Shown: one piece after another, positions 62,310 through 64,000 of the stretch
Layout of the letters: each line of letters begins with the position of its first letter
How positions within the stretch are numbered: the stretch's first letter is position 1
NCBI GenBank assembly: GCA_965215885.1
Contig: CBDCEW010000083.1
Coordinates: forward strand, 14,875-78,874
Reading direction: 5' to 3'
Source of the DNA: Candidatus Moanibacter sp.
GTDB lineage: Bacteria > Verrucomicrobiota > Verrucomicrobiia > Opitutales > UBA2987
DNA: 64,000 nucleotides
Translations under genes and position numbers: made by a program
The notes under the pieces: model-generated
The model's input: only the letters and a program-made list of their open reading frames with translations
What the model was told of the DNA's origin: nothing
Databases searched by the model: none

Positions 62310-63863
62310 TCAGAACGCAACGGACCGGGTGATCGCGTAGAGCAGATTGCCGCTTACGTCGTGGTAGGAAAACGTCAGCAGTGCCGTTCTCTGATCCGCT
62401 TCCGGTTTGAGCGAGACATAAAGAAATCCCCCTTTGGGATCTTTAGGGCCGAACAGGTGGACGATTTTACCATCCGGATCCGTTGAAGCCGGGTGTCCGG
62501 GTTGGTAACTTGGTGGGTATACCGCATTGGCTGAAACCAAGGCCCCGGTGGAGAATTCTTCAACCCCGGAAGGATCCAGGGCATGGAAGGGCCAGTGGTA
62601 ATCCCCGCAAATCAGGTAGAAGTGATTCCCGATCAATCCTTTTTCCGTCAGCCACTGAAAAAACGCATTTCTCTCGTATACGAACCCGCTCGTATGGTTG
62701 TCGATTTTGTTCTCATTGCTAGGTCCCACCATTGCGGTGGACGAGATCATGATCTTCACAGGAGCATCGCTGGCCAGAAGCGTTTCCTTGAGCCAGTCCC
62801 GCTGACGCTCGCCCCACAAGCTTTTCTCAGGTCCGTCCGGCATTCGGTTGGGGCTTCGGAATTCCCGGTTTTCGGTAATCCAGATCTGTATCAACCGGTT
62901 AATCCGATAGGTGCCGTAGGATAAGGGCGCCGGATCCTTCGGGCCCGCCACCGGCAACTGTTCCAGAAAGGTGGCCACGCCGAGTTCGTGAGAGGGTCGC
63001 GGAGCACCCTGCGCCCCCTCGAAATCCGCTCCTTGCATATACGGGTCGGAGTCGTTGAAGCGATAGTCGTGATCGTCCTTCATCCAATAGGTCGGAACCT
63101 CTGCGAATAGATCGATAAAGCGAGACTGGACAAACTGCTCATGGTATTTTCGCCGAAGATCGGAGGGTGTCTTCGCCCGGTCGTACCAGCCTCCAATGGG
63201 AGGTTCGAGTCCATCTTGTCCCATCGAATAAGTGTTGGGATGGTCGTAATAAACATTGTCCCCCGTTCCGATAAACAACCTCGGATGCATTTTCAATATA
63301 GCCTCCAAAGCGGGATATCCTAAGTGCTTGTCCGGTCCCCTGTAAGCTTGGTGGTCGGGACGAAGGTAATATCCGTAATGAAAGAATTGATAACACATAC
63401 CGGTGACCGCTACAAAACTCGTTTCGGATATCGAGTCTCTACCACCGAGAGTCTGAAAAGTGCCGGTCCTGCTAATGCGGGTCTTCAGCTTGTCGGGTCC
63501 AAACCTGAGACGGTAGTAATACCGAGTTCCGGATTCGAGATCCTTGATCTCCGCTTTCACAATGTGATCGTAATCCGGTCGCGCTTCAATCCACTCAGAC
63601 CAATGTGCCTTCTGGAAACCCCGCGAGCGAGAAATCTCGAAACGCGCAACTCCACTGCTCCCGGGGAGATCGCCGTCGACCAGTTGTCTCCCCTGTGTGA
63701 GTCGGGACTGAAGAATGACACTGTGCTCGGTGACACGCCCGGCCATGATGCCCTGGCCCAGGGAGATTGCCTCTTTCGCTCCGTGGCAAAAGTTGCCTGT
63801 GGACAGCACTACGGTAGCGAAAAGCAGTGAGTTGAAAAAACGCATGGGATGGGATATTCGCAT
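62310..63863 (-). CDS. PhoD-like alkaline phosphatase
   Basis: Signal peptide, FN3-like N domain, GTGDNVYYD, DDHD and CGDYH motifs. Confidence 0.88.
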   Translation of the reverse strand: MRISHPMRFFNSLLFATVVLSTGNFCHGAKEAISLGQGIMAGRVTEHSVILQSRLTQGRQLVDGDLPGSSGVARFEISRSRGFQKAHWSEWIEARPDYDHIVKAEIKDLESGTRYYYRLRFGPDKLKTRISRTGTFQTLGGRDSISETSFVAVTGMCYQFFHYGYYLRPDHQAYRGPDKHLGYPALEAILKMHPRLFIGTGDNVYYDHPNTYSMGQDGLEPPIGGWYDRAKTPSDLRRKYHEQFVQSRFIDLFAEVPTYWMKDDHDYRFNDSDPYMQGADFEGAQGAPRPSHELGVATFLEQLPVAGPKDPAPLSYGTYRINRLIQIWITENREFRSPNRMPDGPEKSLWGERQRDWLKETLLASDAPVKIMISSTAMVGPSNENKIDNHTSGFVYERNAFFQWLTEKGLIGNHFYLICGDYHWPFHALDPSGVEEFSTGALVSANAVYPPSYQPGHPASTDPDGKIVHLFGPKDPKGGFLYVSLKPEADQRTALLTFSYHDVSGNLLYAITRSVAF

Positions 63864-64000
63864 TACTGAATTCGATTTCGATTGCGATTTTGCGCCGCCC
63901 GGACATCCTAACAGGCGTTTCCGCGAGTGTCTTTGGTTAAAAGTGACATCACTTTGTGCAGTTTTTGCCCTTTCAGTTGCCGGGCAGACAGAAGTGCACA

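Overview
Bacterial window, probably from a PVC-type environmental organism (inferred from gene content only). The central ~18 kb (24.3-42.1 kb) is a hopanoid locus: shc, a one-enzyme squalene synthase, ispH, hpnG, hpnH, hpnN, hpnB, hpnM and a vacJ/mlaA-like gene. Inositol-3-phosphate synthase and an inositol-phosphate cytidylyltransferase-like gene are co-oriented directly behind hpnN, and a convergent CDP-alcohol phosphotransferase lies beside them. Together these are a candidate pathway for a phosphoinositol-decorated hopanoid or lipid. The flanks carry many scattered catabolic enzymes (epimerases, SDRs, an enolase-family dehydratase, aldolases, dhaKL, LarA-like, ThDP enzyme, PhoD), a TonB receptor, tRNA-Pro(CGG) and tRNA-Lys(CTT). 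Other notable items: an XRE-HTH fused to an apparently dead Clp AAA+ domain, a 2956-bp Mutator-type IS with a 9-bp TSD and an A8 slippage site, a second IS sitting 8 bp from the TonB receptor start, an MNT-HEPN pair fused by one extra G, a T7 gp13-like phage remnant absent from the ORF track, and a Fic gene with a perfect operator-like palindrome. Intergenic DNA is crowded with nested palindromic REP/MITE-like elements. All family calls come from motif recognition by eye; no searches were run.
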